A stretch of 64,000 nt of DNA from Bacteroidia bacterium (GTDB taxonomy: Bacteria > Bacteroidota > Bacteroidia > NS11-12g > UBA955): assembly GCA_041391605.1 (NCBI GenBank), contig JAWKNQ010000007.1, positions 23,195 to 87,194 on the forward strand, read 5' to 3'. Under the pieces are notes generated by a model. That model had not been told where the DNA came from. It saw nothing but the letters and a program-made list of their open reading frames with translations, and did no database searches. Positions within the stretch are counted from its first letter, which is position 1. Each line of letters begins with the position of its first letter. A program made the translations under genes and the position numbers. Of the stretch, positions 18,941 to 28,886 are shown piece after piece.

Positions 18941-20381
18941 AAATATTGCATTAATTGCCATTTGTATCGGGCTTTCAACCATATCATTTGCACAAAACAA
19001 TACAAGCTCCCCATATTCAACTAGAGGTTATGGTGAATTGGAATCATTTTCAAACGCATTCACTCGTTCTTTAGGAGGTTCAATAAATGGAATTCGAACT
19101 AACAGAAGCATTTCATTTAGTAATCCTGCATCTATCGGCGCTTTGAAGCAAGTGTCCTTAGATTTTGGATTTAGAGGTGAACAAAGCAAAATTTACAATG
19201 CCGAAATTGCTAAAACTGTTTACAATGGCAACTTTAGCTATTTTGGACTAGCCTTTCCTGTTTATAAAAAGCTAGTAGTTAAAGACACTTCAGGAGGGAA
19301 AACAGATAGCAAGCTTTATCGTGAATATAAAACAATTTGGAGCCTAGGCTTTGGCTTAACTCCCTTTAGCAATGTAAATGCATCCTATTATAAAATCCAA
19401 GACACGTCCTACGGACAAATTGGAAACTACTATTCTAAAAGCGGCGGACTGAACAGAGTTTATCTCATGAATGCCGTGAACATTACACCGAATTTGAGTG
19501 TTGGATTAAATACATCGTATTTATTTGGTCAAGTTAAATCTAATGAATCGTACTTCTTGTTTGATTCTGGTATAAGTAGGGCGAGTTTTGTTGAGAACAA
19601 CACACAACTTAGTGGTTTTCGTTTTGATTTCGGAATCCAAGGTGAACGCAACAGGGATACAATAATAAGAAAGGATTCAGTTTTTGAAAACGGAAGGATG
19701 ATTTTAAAAACTTTTAGATACCCAGTTCGTTTTGTTTATGGTGCAACATTGAGCAATAACTCGGTTATTAAATACAATGAGTTTAGACAGATTTTAAACA
19801 GAAGTAATTATTACACTAACGCTGCCATTGACACGATATTAAGCGAGAATAACATAAATGGTAATAGCAATTTACCGATGAGCTTTTCTGCAGGTTTTAG
19901 CGTCACATTCAATAAATATTGGATGATTGCAGCTGATTATAAGTCAGACTTATGGTCGAATATGGATAGAAGCATATTTAAGGATTCTTTTACGAATAGC
20001 TCTCAAATTAGCATTGGTATTGCGTACAAGCCTGATATCGATATTTCCTACTCTGAAGTGATGACTTCTGGTAAAAGAAAAGCCAGAATGGAATATAGAC
20101 TCGGTGCTCGTATGTTAAATACAGGTTATCTTTTCAAAGATAATATAGGAAATATTAACCCTTTGAAGGAATATGGCATAAGTTTTGGAATAGGTATACC
20201 GAAAACCAGAGTTACATACGATGGAAGAACCAAGGTCTTACTCAAAAACATGTTCAATATTACGGGCGAGTACATCCGAAGAGGGAACACACAAAATGGC
20301 ATGATTGCCGAAAATATTGTCAGACTTACCATTGGTTTTACACTATCTGACATCTGGTTTAGGCAAAGAAAATTTTATTAA
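18930..20381 (+). CDS. Putative outer-membrane beta-barrel protein
   Basis: Signal peptide; alternating beta-strand pattern; C-terminal aromatic residue (RKFY); conserved position after coaX. Confidence 0.5.
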   Translation: MKNKNIALIAICIGLSTISFAQNNTSSPYSTRGYGELESFSNAFTRSLGGSINGIRTNRSISFSNPASIGALKQVSLDFGFRGEQSKIYNAEIAKTVYNGNFSYFGLAFPVYKKLVVKDTSGGKTDSKLYREYKTIWSLGFGLTPFSNVNASYYKIQDTSYGQIGNYYSKSGGLNRVYLMNAVNITPNLSVGLNTSYLFGQVKSNESYFLFDSGISRASFVENNTQLSGFRFDFGIQGERNRDTIIRKDSVFENGRMILKTFRYPVRFVYGATLSNNSVIKYNEFRQILNRSNYYTNAAIDTILSENNINGNSNLPMSFSAGFSVTFNKYWMIAADYKSDLWSNMDRSIFKDSFTNSSQISIGIAYKPDIDISYSEVMTSGKRKARMEYRLGARMLNTGYLFKDNIGNINPLKEYGISFGIGIPKTRVTYDGRTKVLLKNMFNITGEYIRRGNTQNGMIAENIVRLTIGFTLSDIWFRQRKFY

Positions 20382-20385
20382 AAAA

Positions 20386-21738
20386 ATGAACGACAAACAA
20401 AAATTTATCACTCTTATTTTAGCACTAATGTGCAATTTCACCTTTTTAGCTAATGCTCAAAACAATGAGCCAACTCCTGCAGCTAAAAAATTACCTGAAT
20501 GTATTAAATCACACGGCGAAGATTCTCTTGAAACACGTAGAACAATGTCTGTTTTACAGGAGGATTACAACAACAGAGATTATTTTTATGCATACAAATG
20601 GTTCACATACATGTTTACCAAAGCCCCTTGTGCATACAAAACCGTTTATTTATACGGTCAATACACAATTAAAGAATTAATTGCGGATTCAAATTATGCG
20701 AGTAGAAAAGAAGACCTTGTGGATACTCTCCTAATGATATTCCCTACCCGTATTAAATACTTTGGGGAAGAAGGACTTGTTAAAGGTACTTGGGCATTTA
20801 ATTTAGGTAAATACAGACCAGATAGCATTAAAACGGTTTTAGCCTTGTACGAGGACTATGTAAACAGCCAAAGAGACAACTTAGACGATGTAATCTACAT
20901 TAGAGACTATATGCGTAATGCAGTAAATGGGCATATCAAGAAACTTCTAACTAAAGAAGAATTATTCAACGTATATGATTTATTAAGTACTATATCTGAG
21001 GAAAACAAAGTAAAATATGGTGCAGAGGATAGTTCTCAATACATTAATTGGAACAACACCATCATACTTGTGGATAGCTACATGGCACAATTCTTAAAAT
21101 GTGCAGATATTGATGCTATTTATGCTCCTAAGATTCAAAAAGATCCAGATAACATTGATCTAACCAATAAAGTAATTAAGCTTTATAAAACTGCTGGATC
21201 ATGTAACGACAACCCCAATTTTGTAGCCTTGCTAGAAAAGAGTTTTGCCCTTTCACCAAACGCTATTGCTGCTGAAGGTTTAGCAAATTACTTCGAAAAG
21301 AAAGGCAATAACGCTAAAGCCAATGATTACTTTGAAAAAGCGGCTGATTTAAGCACTGATCCAAAGAAAAAAGAAGATTTATACCTTAAATTAGCAGATA
21401 AAAATAGAAGTAGTAGCTCAGTGGCTAAATCATTTGCTCGAAAGGTGTTAGATATTAATCCTAATAACGGTTATGCAATAATTATTATTGGTAGTTCAAT
21501 TTACAGTTCTGCTTGTGGAGATGAATTTGACAAAGCAATGGCCGCGTGTGCAGCTGTTGAAATGTTCCAAAAGGCTAAAAACCTAGATCCTTCAGTAACT
21601 GCTGATGCAAACAAACTAATATCAAGTTATAGCAAATATTTCCCAAATAGCGAACAAGTGTTCTTTAGAGGATTAAAAGAAGGACAATCATATACCATTC
21701 CATGTTCTGGCATATCAGCAACAATAAAGGTTAAATAA
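20386..21738 (+). CDS. Secreted hypothetical protein (helical, TPR-like?)
   Basis: Start at MNDKQKFITLILALMC signal peptide (ATG 20386). Confidence 0.5.
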   Translation: MNDKQKFITLILALMCNFTFLANAQNNEPTPAAKKLPECIKSHGEDSLETRRTMSVLQEDYNNRDYFYAYKWFTYMFTKAPCAYKTVYLYGQYTIKELIADSNYASRKEDLVDTLLMIFPTRIKYFGEEGLVKGTWAFNLGKYRPDSIKTVLALYEDYVNSQRDNLDDVIYIRDYMRNAVNGHIKKLLTKEELFNVYDLLSTISEENKVKYGAEDSSQYINWNNTIILVDSYMAQFLKCADIDAIYAPKIQKDPDNIDLTNKVIKLYKTAGSCNDNPNFVALLEKSFALSPNAIAAEGLANYFEKKGNNAKANDYFEKAADLSTDPKKKEDLYLKLADKNRSSSSVAKSFARKVLDINPNNGYAIIIIGSSIYSSACGDEFDKAMAACAAVEMFQKAKNLDPSVTADANKLISSYSKYFPNSEQVFFRGLKEGQSYTIPCSGISATIKVK

Positions 21739-21745
21739 AATCAAA

Positions 21746-22312
21746 TTGAAGAGGGCTTATTACATCCTCGTAAACATACTACTTTTGGTATCCGCTTGTA
21801 GTGACTACGCCGAAAAAAATGTGGCGAAAATGCTCCAATCGGATACCACTATTTTTACCCAAGAAGGGAAAAATGTAACCATCAATTATACCGATTCCGG
21901 GAATTTAAAGGCCAAAATATTCGCTAAACAGCTCATTGGTTTTAAAAAAGATGGTCAAGACATCGTTAGGATGCCACTGGGAATTTCTGGAAACTTTTAC
22001 AACGATACAGGTGCTGTTGAAAGTTATTTAACTGCAGAAAAAGGTATTTCATATCAAACTCAAAAAATAATGGAAGTCACCCAAAATGTACAAGTCATGA
22101 ATAATAAAGGTGAAAAGTTAAATACTGAGAAATTAATTTGGGATCAAAAAAAACAGATTATTTACACCGATAAATTTGTCAAAATCACAACTGACAAAGA
22201 AATTCTAACTGGCATTGGATTAACTACCAAGCAAGATTTTAGCAATATGCAAATCCTTAAACCAAGAGGAACTATTCTTTTGGATCAAGACAGCTCAAAC
22301 ACTAATAAATAA
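21746..22312 (+). CDS. LptC-like periplasmic LPS-export protein (lipoprotein)
   Basis: LLVSAC lipobox and a 188-aa beta-jellyroll-like pattern; conserved order coaX-OMP-X-LptC in Flavobacteriia. Confidence 0.45.
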   Translation: MKRAYYILVNILLLVSACSDYAEKNVAKMLQSDTTIFTQEGKNVTINYTDSGNLKAKIFAKQLIGFKKDGQDIVRMPLGISGNFYNDTGAVESYLTAEKGISYQTQKIMEVTQNVQVMNNKGEKLNTEKLIWDQKKQIIYTDKFVKITTDKEILTGIGLTTKQDFSNMQILKPRGTILLDQDSSNTNK

Positions 22313-22533
22313 TGAATAAAAAATCCTTACTCAAACAGCAAATTATTATTGTTCTTTATTTTCTTGCCGCGGCAATCTCGGTTATTGAAGCAAGTAAACA
22401 ATTTTCTAATGGCGGTTTTAGCAATTGGCGTTTTTATTTCTTCGTCGGTATTTTTCTGTTCTGTATTGCAATGTATTTTGTACGCAGAAAACAGCGTTGG
22501 CAAGATATAAACAAACCTCAGGACGATTCATAA
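22312..22533 (+). CDS. Small membrane protein
   Basis: 73 aa with two TM helices. Confidence 0.4.
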   Translation: MNKKSLLKQQIIIVLYFLAAAISVIEASKQFSNGGFSNWRFYFFVGIFLFCIAMYFVRRKQRWQDINKPQDDS

Positions 22534-22540
22534 ACTAACG

Positions 22541-23569
22541 TTATTCGGGTTCCGTCGACCATATCCGATGCCACAGTTGAGCTAAGGCTTTTGAGAATTC
22601 AATTTTACCAAACTCTGGTCTGTGCATCTTCATTTTAATTTCCCCATCCTTCCGAATTAACTGGTAATAAAAAATAAATGCTTTATTAGCCTCCTTCTCA
22701 CTAAAATTACTCCTTCCATATTTCACAACATAAAAGTTGATGATATCTTTGCTCTCCTTTTCCAAAATATAGGCTCCTTGACTATACCATTTTAGAGTTT
22801 CTAAAGCCTTTCCCTCAAATCCATTCTCCAAATTTAGGTTGCGCTTGTAAGCAACAAAATCTATCCCCTTTTCCTTTTGCAACAAAGAGTACTCCCCCAT
22901 ATAAATACTTGAATCAGAAATTCCCATTCCTACCCATAATGCATTATTGAAAATGGTTGGTGATGTGTTAACTGTATTGTGTGCAATCGACTTTGATTTT
23001 AGTTCTTCTGAAAACTTATAATGCATATACCCTTTAACAACAAGGGTTAATGCCATATATGTTGAACTTATATAAAAAGCGCGCCAAGCCCATTTTAAAC
23101 GCTTTGGATTATCCCGTTTGAGAAATAAACAGCCAATTAAAATAACCATAAAAGGCAATGTGTATAATGGATCTATTACGGAGATATTGTTAAACCCTAC
23201 AGGGTAACTCGTAAATGGTAAAAACAATCGAGTACCATAGGTGGTAAATGAATCAAGTATTGCATGTGTCGAAAAACCAAGAAACCACAGTAAATACCAA
23301 TCTTTAAATGTTGTCTTAGTTTTAAATACTTGATGCATGAGCCAAGCCAAAGGAAATGCTGCCAAGACATGTGTTAACAATGCGTGAGAGTATCCCCTAT
23401 GCAAAACCAATTCAGATAAATCATCTGCATACATCCGAATCGCAATTATATCCAAATCGGGTAAAGTTCCAGCTATAGCGCCAAAAGCCATTGCCTTGTT
23501 TCCAATTTTCTTTCCTAAAACTAATTCGCCTACCCCAGCTCCTAATACAATCTGTGTTAATGAATCCAT
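22541..23569 (-). CDS. Membrane-bound metal-dependent hydrolase (YdjM/DUF457-like)
   Basis: N-terminal MDSLTQIVLGAGVGE...HRGYSHALLTH motif. Confidence 0.65.
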   Translation of the reverse strand: MDSLTQIVLGAGVGELVLGKKIGNKAMAFGAIAGTLPDLDIIAIRMYADDLSELVLHRGYSHALLTHVLAAFPLAWLMHQVFKTKTTFKDWYLLWFLGFSTHAILDSFTTYGTRLFLPFTSYPVGFNNISVIDPLYTLPFMVILIGCLFLKRDNPKRLKWAWRAFYISSTYMALTLVVKGYMHYKFSEELKSKSIAHNTVNTSPTIFNNALWVGMGISDSSIYMGEYSLLQKEKGIDFVAYKRNLNLENGFEGKALETLKWYSQGAYILEKESKDIINFYVVKYGRSNFSEKEANKAFIFYYQLIRKDGEIKMKMHRPEFGKIEFSKALAQLWHRIWSTEPE

Positions 23570-23651
23570 TTTTCTAATTCGATTGCAAGTATAACATTAT
23601 CTCACGCCCTTTATGAACAATTAAGTTAAGCTTATGGTTTTATCGTTTAAT

Positions 23652-24761
23652 TTATCGATTTTTCTTTTTAATGGGTCTTCCCTTCCATTCAGGAACTATA
23701 AAATTGGATAAAATTAAAACCAAGACACTATACATTAAATAAATTGGCATAATTATGACTAGGTATAACTTGGTATTGAAAATTTTATTCAACTTTGAAG
23801 AGTATATAAAATCAATGGTGAGTTTTATTCCAATCAATATCAAAAACCACCAATTTTGTTCGAAGACTAACAAATACACACTTAACCAAAATGCAAGCAA
23901 GTGAGCAACAACTAATGCTTGTACAAAAACATTGTACAAATAGAAGTACAACTTGCTTTTACTGGCCCACCTTAGCCTTTGTTTAAAAAAATCAATTACA
24001 CCCTTACATGTGCTTGTATAAACAAACGTTTTTTTATTTAAGGTATATCTTGTGGTACGGAAATCAAAGTCGTAGAACCTCTGCATCAATAAATCGTCAT
24101 CTCCAGAAGACACATGCAATTGATGACCATACCCTCCTATTTTAAAAAAAATATCCTTGCGATACAGCATATTCGCACCATTGCACGTACATGGTTTTTT
24201 GGCATTCAACATAACTGCTGAAATCCCTATAATAGCAGCCGATTCTGCCGATTGTAAATGTGAAAAAACAGAGGAATCAGTTCGCAATTTTACAGGGCCG
24301 CATAACATCTTTAAATTCTTATTGGTAAACTCGGCAAGCATTGAACTCAACCACTCTTCTCCCACCTCGCAATCTGCATCAAGTGTAAGAATCAATGGGT
24401 ATTTTGACTTTTCAATTCCGGCGTTTAATGCCAACTTTTTCCCTCCAGATTTTACAGAAAGTACTGTTAGATATAATGAATCAAGATAAGTATTTGCAAT
24501 TTCTATGGTTGTATCACTCGAAAAATCATCTATCACAATAACCTCAAAATATGAGCTATCATAAGTTTGCTTAAGAATACTTTCCAAACATTTTGAAATA
24601 TTACTTTCTTCATCTCTGCAAGGTATAAGTATACTTACCTTTGGAAATTCTTTTAATGGTTCAATTGAATCTTGACCACTTACTTTGAGACTAATATAGC
24701 CAATAAATGTTGCATATATGATTATAGGAATCCCTAGTATAATTAGAAAAAAAACGGTCAT
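23652..24761 (-). CDS. Glycosyltransferase family 2
   Basis: VSILIPCRDEE...VIVIDDFSSD GT-A motifs. Confidence 0.8.
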   Translation of the reverse strand: MTVFFLIILGIPIIIYATFIGYISLKVSGQDSIEPLKEFPKVSILIPCRDEESNISKCLESILKQTYDSSYFEVIVIDDFSSDTTIEIANTYLDSLYLTVLSVKSGGKKLALNAGIEKSKYPLILTLDADCEVGEEWLSSMLAEFTNKNLKMLCGPVKLRTDSSVFSHLQSAESAAIIGISAVMLNAKKPCTCNGANMLYRKDIFFKIGGYGHQLHVSSGDDDLLMQRFYDFDFRTTRYTLNKKTFVYTSTCKGVIDFFKQRLRWASKSKLYFYLYNVFVQALVVAHLLAFWLSVYLLVFEQNWWFLILIGIKLTIDFIYSSKLNKIFNTKLYLVIIMPIYLMYSVLVLILSNFIVPEWKGRPIKKKNR

Positions 24762-25713
24762 CTTTTCAATTTTAACAAAATTAAAACAAAAGCACCAATA
24801 AGCATTGGAATTAATACATTGAACACATATATCACCATGCCTGGTACATAATCTAAGGTGTTCATTTCACCTAATGTACCTGAAAGCACTAGTGTTGAAA
24901 CTCCAATTCGAATGGCGATATCGGTTAATATAAAATTTGGTGAAACCGTCTGAAGAAAGTATATACAAGCCACTGCCGTAATTCCATAAAACAGTGTAGT
25001 TTCGCTACCTAATCCAAAATATAAAATCAACAAACTGAATGGAATGACAAATGTTAGATACCTTAAACAAGACATAAACAGCAAATACACTAAATCTCTA
25101 CTATGCAATAATTCGAGAGCATGTTTCAGTGTTTTAAAAAAGGCTAGTTGATTAAATGCCTTAAATTGAGGCAAATACATATAACCAAAAATCAGTAAAA
25201 GTAATAATGCCAGGAATGAAACTAGAAATGATGTGGGATAAGGAATTGGTTCAAGATAAATAAATGCAGCTACACCGAAAAACAAGGTAATTAAGAGTTG
25301 ACTAAAACTTCCTGCTACGGATAATATACCTGCTTCAATTTTATGTTCATCTTTAATAAAAGCTAAACGACCCAAATACTCTCCTGTTCGATATGGCAAC
25401 AATTGCGACACAGCCACTCCTGACATCACACCCTTTGCTGCTTCTTTGACGTATGCTTTTCTAATTTATTAACTAGAAACTGCCATTTCTTCATTTCTAT
25501 ACTCCAATTCAGAATTGCACAAATTGGCAAAACAACAAACCAATACCAAGGTAAGGACAAAAAATGATATTTGAAGACCTCAATAGAAATTGTTCCATTC
25601 TTGAAAAACTTCTTATACACAATTAACACAATAAGAAAAGGCACCAACCATTTAAGTACTCTGAAGACAGATTGCCAATTCGATTTTTTAAGTATCTTTG
25701 TCTTGTGTTGCAA
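24758..25713 (-). pseudogene. Flippase-like (LPG-synthase TM domain) membrane protein, split by a frameshift at 25426-25429
   Basis: The two ORFs (95 + 223 aa) abut. A +1 reading across the junction gives ...KAKGVMSGVAVSQLLPYRTGE, containing the family LLPxRxGE motif. May be a sequencing error. Confidence 0.5.
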
Positions 25714-26286
25714 AGGCAGGAATTAGAGGATTTTGATAAAATTGTTTTAGGTATTGATCCTGGCACAAATATAATGGGTTATGGTGTAGTTGGATTAATA
25801 GGCAAGCAATATTATTTAGTGAGTATTGGAATTATCCGATTAGACAAATTGGAAGACCACGCCGTTAAACTGAAACACATTTTTGAACGGGTTAGTGGTT
25901 TAATTGAAAGTTATAAGCCTGATGAAATGTCCGTAGAGGCTCCATTTTATGGGAAAAATGTCCAATCCATGCTAAAATTAGGTCGTGCGCAAGGTGTAGC
26001 AATGGCGGCGGCACTTGTTCGAAACATTCCTATCTATGAATACCAACCAAGAAAAATCAAATTAAGCATAACAGGATCGGGCAATTCAAGCAAAGAGCAA
26101 GTTGCAGAAATGTTGCAAAGACTTTTAAATTTTGAGGATATGCCAACTCATTTGGATGCCACAGATGGATTAGCCGCAGCCATGTGTCACATTTTTCAAT
26201 ATAGTCCAAGAGGATTCGGTGCAAAAAGCAGTAAAAAGGCGGGTTGGGGGAAATTTGTGGCGGAAAATAAGGATCGTGTGAAGTAA
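25672..26286 (+). CDS. ruvC: Crossover junction endodeoxyribonuclease RuvC
   Basis: ILGIDPGTNIMGYGVV; exact start uncertain (no ATG close to the conserved N-terminus). Confidence 0.85.
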   Translation: MPIRFFKYLCLVLQRQELEDFDKIVLGIDPGTNIMGYGVVGLIGKQYYLVSIGIIRLDKLEDHAVKLKHIFERVSGLIESYKPDEMSVEAPFYGKNVQSMLKLGRAQGVAMAAALVRNIPIYEYQPRKIKLSITGSGNSSKEQVAEMLQRLLNFEDMPTHLDATDGLAAAMCHIFQYSPRGFGAKSSKKAGWGKFVAENKDRVK

Positions 26287-26327
26287 TATTCACTAATAGA
26301 AGTTCAATATATTATTGAATAAGAGAA

Positions 26328-27257
26328 TCATCGAACCCTCAATCTCTTTCCTAAACTCAAGATCGAAGTTGAACGAATATGATTTAACTTACAAAGTTTC
26401 GAAACTGATGTTCTGTATCGTCTTGCAATTGCACTTAAAGTATCACCTTGACGAACCGTGTGGTACTTCTTGCCAGACTTAGAACTACTCTTAACCCCTG
26501 TACTGCCATTCTTGGCATATTTCTGTTTGCGAATTAATTTACCATTGTCGAACATCGAACTATCGATCATTACTTCATTGTTTAACAACGAAAAGTTCTC
26601 GAATGCAATAAATTTAAACGGATCTATTGGTTGACCCATAAATCGTATTTCAAAATGAAGATGTGATTCACGACTGTGACCGGTATTACCACCTAATCCT
26701 ATTTGCTCTCCAGCTTTCACAGTCTGACCTGGTTCAACTAGCACTTTTGATAAATGTCCATACAATGTTTCTAAACCATTGTGATGACGTACTACAACCA
26801 TGTTTCCATATCCGTAGTAATACCTTGACATTCTTACAACACCGTTAAATGCAGATACAACTGTGTCTCCAGTAACTAAATCAATGTCAACACCTTGGTG
26901 TTGCCTACCCTTTCTCGGACCAAAACTGGAGGTCACCACATTTACTACCGGCATTACAAACTCAGTTGAATCTGCAGCTAAACAAATATGAACAGGTTGA
27001 TTAAAACTACTGTAATCGTATTCATACGGATTTAATACATCCGTTTCCCAAGTATTAATATAGTAATCCCAAGCCGTACTAAAGGTAGAATCGAATTCAT
27101 TTTCGGCCTTTTTAGGGTCGTCAGAAGTATTTTTAGCAGTCTTCGCCTCTTTTTCTACACCGTTAGCGTATGTAAAAGCAGAATTGAAACAAATGATAGC
27201 TATGAAAACCAGACATTTAGAAATGAGAGATCTTTTCAAGAGCATTTTTTTTATCAA
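26328..27257 (-). CDS. M23 family metallopeptidase with C-terminal LysM domain
   Basis: HQGVDID...GNTGHSRESHLHFEIR; C-terminal YHTVRQGDTLSAIARRY LysM. Confidence 0.8.
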   Translation of the reverse strand: MIKKMLLKRSLISKCLVFIAIICFNSAFTYANGVEKEAKTAKNTSDDPKKAENEFDSTFSTAWDYYINTWETDVLNPYEYDYSSFNQPVHICLAADSTEFVMPVVNVVTSSFGPRKGRQHQGVDIDLVTGDTVVSAFNGVVRMSRYYYGYGNMVVVRHHNGLETLYGHLSKVLVEPGQTVKAGEQIGLGGNTGHSRESHLHFEIRFMGQPIDPFKFIAFENFSLLNNEVMIDSSMFDNGKLIRKQKYAKNGSTGVKSSSKSGKKYHTVRQGDTLSAIARRYRTSVSKLCKLNHIRSTSILSLGKRLRVR

Positions 27258-28164
27258 GTTGCAAAATTAATGATAAATCTTGGATATTATCAAATTTTTT
27301 TTCATCTCTAAGTCTTGATAAGAGATAGACTTCCAGATTCTTACCATAAATATCTTCATCAAAATCAAAGATATTGACCTCAATACTAAAGGGTTTATTT
27401 GGGATAGTTGGATTGTCTCCTATGTTCATCATCCCACCGTAGACCTTGTTTTCCAACTTGCAATGCACCGCATATACTCCATTTGCTGGTATCAACTTGT
27501 TTTTACTATTAATCTCTAAATTAGCGGTTGGATAACCTAATTTTCTTCCTAATTGCATCCCTTTAATCACTTCTCCTGTAAAATTGTATGGTCGGCCCAA
27601 GTATGCATTTGCAGTTTCAACATCTCCCGCGCTTAATGCTTGTCTAATTTTAGTGCTACTTATCGTGATTTCATCAACCTCTTCTGCTCCAATTTCAATA
27701 ACTTCGTATTTATATTGCTCTTTAAATGAATTAAGTAGCGCTATATCTCCTTCCCTATTTCGACCAAATCGGTGATCGTATCCAATTATAGCTGTGTGAA
27801 TATTCAAAGTATTGACCAAAAACTCTTTGATATAGTCCTCTGGTAAAATATTGCTAAATTCCTTGGTAAAAGGCAAAACAATAACATTATCAATTTGACA
27901 TTTTGATAGGATCTCTAGCTTCTCATCTAATGTTTGAAGCAACTTCAGTTGATTGTCTTCTGGAAATAATAACAAACGCGGGTGCGGCCAAAACGTAAGT
28001 AATACACTTTCTCCTCCTGCCTTTTCCTTAAAACCTTTCATGGTTTCAAAGATTTTTTGATGTCCCAGATGAACACCATCAAATGTTCCTTGGGTAAATA
28101 TTGAATTTTTAAACTCCGGAAGTTTTTGTGTTGTGTGAAAGACCCGCATGTCTATTTGCCGCAA
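27217..28164 (-). CDS. ribF: Bifunctional riboflavin kinase / FAD synthetase
   Basis: GTFDGVHLGHQKI nucleotidyltransferase motif plus a C-terminal riboflavin kinase domain. Confidence 0.85.
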   Translation of the reverse strand: MRQIDMRVFHTTQKLPEFKNSIFTQGTFDGVHLGHQKIFETMKGFKEKAGGESVLLTFWPHPRLLLFPEDNQLKLLQTLDEKLEILSKCQIDNVIVLPFTKEFSNILPEDYIKEFLVNTLNIHTAIIGYDHRFGRNREGDIALLNSFKEQYKYEVIEIGAEEVDEITISSTKIRQALSAGDVETANAYLGRPYNFTGEVIKGMQLGRKLGYPTANLEINSKNKLIPANGVYAVHCKLENKVYGGMMNIGDNPTIPNKPFSIEVNIFDFDEDIYGKNLEVYLLSRLRDEKKFDNIQDLSLILQLDKKNALEKISHF

Positions 28165-28886
28165 AGTTCTTGAAATTTATCAATTTGCAAAGCATTCTCT
28201 ATTCTAAATTGTCCTATTGCCGTTCTTCTTAATTCGTTTAGATAGGCTCCACTTTTTAATTGATGTGCAAAATCATGTGTTAATGTTCTAATGTATGTGC
28301 CTTTACTGCAGTTTACTTTAAACCTCATTTTGGGTAAATTCTTATCGACTTCGAAATGCCTGATCTGTATGACTCTGCTCTTGATTACAATTTCTTCTCC
28401 TGCCCTTGCCTTCTTATAAGCGCGTGTTCCATCTACCTTTATTGCAGAATAGACAGGTGGAGTTTGAACTACATCTCCTGTATTCTTAAGTACAGCCTCA
28501 TCTATATCTGCATTTGTAATGTGTTCATACGGATATTCCCCATTAAACTCTGTTTCTAAATCGATAGAAGGTGTTGTCTTTCCAAAATTAAAGACTCCAG
28601 TGTATTCCTTTTCAAGAGCTTGAATAGACTCAATCATCTTTGTGCATTTACCAGTTGCAATAATCAATAAGCCGGTTGCCAATGGATCTAATGTGCCAGC
28701 ATGCCCAACTCGTGCTGCTTTTGTGAAGTACTTTACTTTTTTAACCAGCTTAAACGACGACCAATGCTCAGGTTTATCAAACAATAGTATCGCACCATTG
28801 CGAATTCTTTGTAAATCGAAATTAGCTTCATTAACTAAGAATTCATCAAGACCTTTATTTTCTTTATTGCTTACTGAAACTTCCAT
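28152..28886 (-). CDS. truB: tRNA pseudouridine(55) synthase
   Basis: GHAGTLDPLATGLLIIATGKCTK catalytic Asp motif. Confidence 0.9.
   Translation of the reverse strand: MEVSVSNKENKGLDEFLVNEANFDLQRIRNGAILLFDKPEHWSSFKLVKKVKYFTKAARVGHAGTLDPLATGLLIIATGKCTKMIESIQALEKEYTGVFNFGKTTPSIDLETEFNGEYPYEHITNADIDEAVLKNTGDVVQTPPVYSAIKVDGTRAYKKARAGEEIVIKSRVIQIRHFEVDKNLPKMRFKVNCSKGTYIRTLTHDFAHQLKSGAYLNELRRTAIGQFRIENALQIDKFQELCGK

Noticed and set aside
25672-25740. 23-codon N-terminal extension of RuvC overlapping the upstream minus-strand gene
   Set aside because: No alternative ATG/GTG/TTG lies near the conserved ILGIDPG start, so the track start is kept but the true start is flagged uncertain. The overlap is probably an artefact of start choice.
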